From positions 103,480,001 through 103,544,000 of the forward strand of contig NC_045696.1 of NCBI RefSeq assembly GCF_009834535.1: 64,000 bases of DNA, read 5' to 3'. The translations under genes and the position numbers were made by a program. The number at the start of each line of letters is the position of its first letter. Positions within the stretch are counted from its first letter, which is position 1. Origin of the DNA: Camelus ferus. Its lineage: Eukaryota. Positions 63,031 to 64,000 of this stretch are shown one piece after another. A model generated the notes under the pieces. The model made no database searches and had not been told where the DNA came from. It saw nothing but the letters and a program-made list of their open reading frames with translations.

Positions 63031-64000
63031 ATATTTTAAAGTATATGAGCAACATCAAATTTAACAAATAATGGTGACAGTAAGGTCACTTGGTAATAGC
63101 AAATGAGAGGAAAGCCTTACTTCCACATATCTTAGGGCCATAATAGAAGGCTGGACTCTGACATGGGGTAAGCTAAAGAAAATGCAACACCAGATTCAGC
63201 TGGTGAGACTTTGAACATTGAAAACCTGACATGACATTGCAAGTAATGACCCTGATGTACAAAATCGATGTAAAAAGAATTAGTAAAGGTAGAATTGAAT
63301 ACTAAGTCATACATATCAACTAAAATCCACACATAATTCTTCTGACATCCTTTCATTTGTCTCTTCAGTCTATTCATTCACCCCACAGATAGAGAGAGGG
63401 GACACATTATGTCAGTTATTGTTCTAGGCACTGATGCAACAGAAAACAAAATTAGAAAAAAAAATTCCTGCCTTGATGGAGATTACATTTTAGTGGGTGA
63501 GACTATCAATAAACAAAATAAGTAAAAGATATAGTATATTAAATCGTGGTATTACAAACTACCCCGAAACTTCATAGCCTAAAATCATGATTTAGAATTT
63601 CTCAGAAGTCTGTGCTTCGAGGTGGCAGCTTTTTGCTGGTTTTAGTGGCTGTTCATCTGGGGTGTTGATAGTTGGCTGAGCTCAGCCGGGAGAGCTGGGA
63701 AGCCACTGGAAGCTTTTAGCAGAGGAATGCTGTGAGTAGATGGACGTTTTGACAGGATCTCAGGTGGAATTGGGCAAGGGTGAAAACACAATTATTTGTT
63801 TGTAAAAAGAAAATTTGGAATTGATGGCAGGAGCTCTGATGACAGGTCAGTGGAGGGCGTAAGAGGGTTTGCTCAGTAGCTGAATGTGGGGTGTGGCAGA
63901 AAGACAAAGGACAAGATCAACTCTTGGGTTTGGGCCAGGGTAACTGGAAGGATGAATTTCCTATAAACTCAGCTGGAAATCCTCTGGAGGAGCAGGTTTC

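Overview
This is mammalian genomic DNA, most likely from a camelid (camel, alpaca or llama), because it carries about a dozen tRNA-Ala(AGC)-derived SINE heads of the Vic-1 type. The only protein-coding gene I can support is GRK7 (cone opsin kinase) on the minus strand. Its four coding exons are 56156-55545, 54105-53668, 29745-29471 and 22582-22246. They join through canonical GT-AG sites into 1662 nt, encoding an intact 553-aa protein that ends in the CaaX motif CLLL. The rest is intron and flank, densely filled with SINE, L1, L2, MIR, MaLR/ERV LTR and hAT/Tigger relics plus microsatellites. Repeat subfamily names are from recalled consensus features, not a database search, and repeat boundaries are approximate unless a target-site duplication (TSD) is given. 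I found no evidence of a novel multi-gene system. The most notable observations are a 23-nt exact inverted copy of a nearby Tigger1 relic inserted inside a SINE (templated insertion), a candidate L1 3' transduction, a SINE dimer with complementary deletions, a strong competing poison acceptor 35 nt upstream of GRK7 coding exon 2, a MER53 miR-1302-like hairpin, and an intronic CpG/GC-box island.
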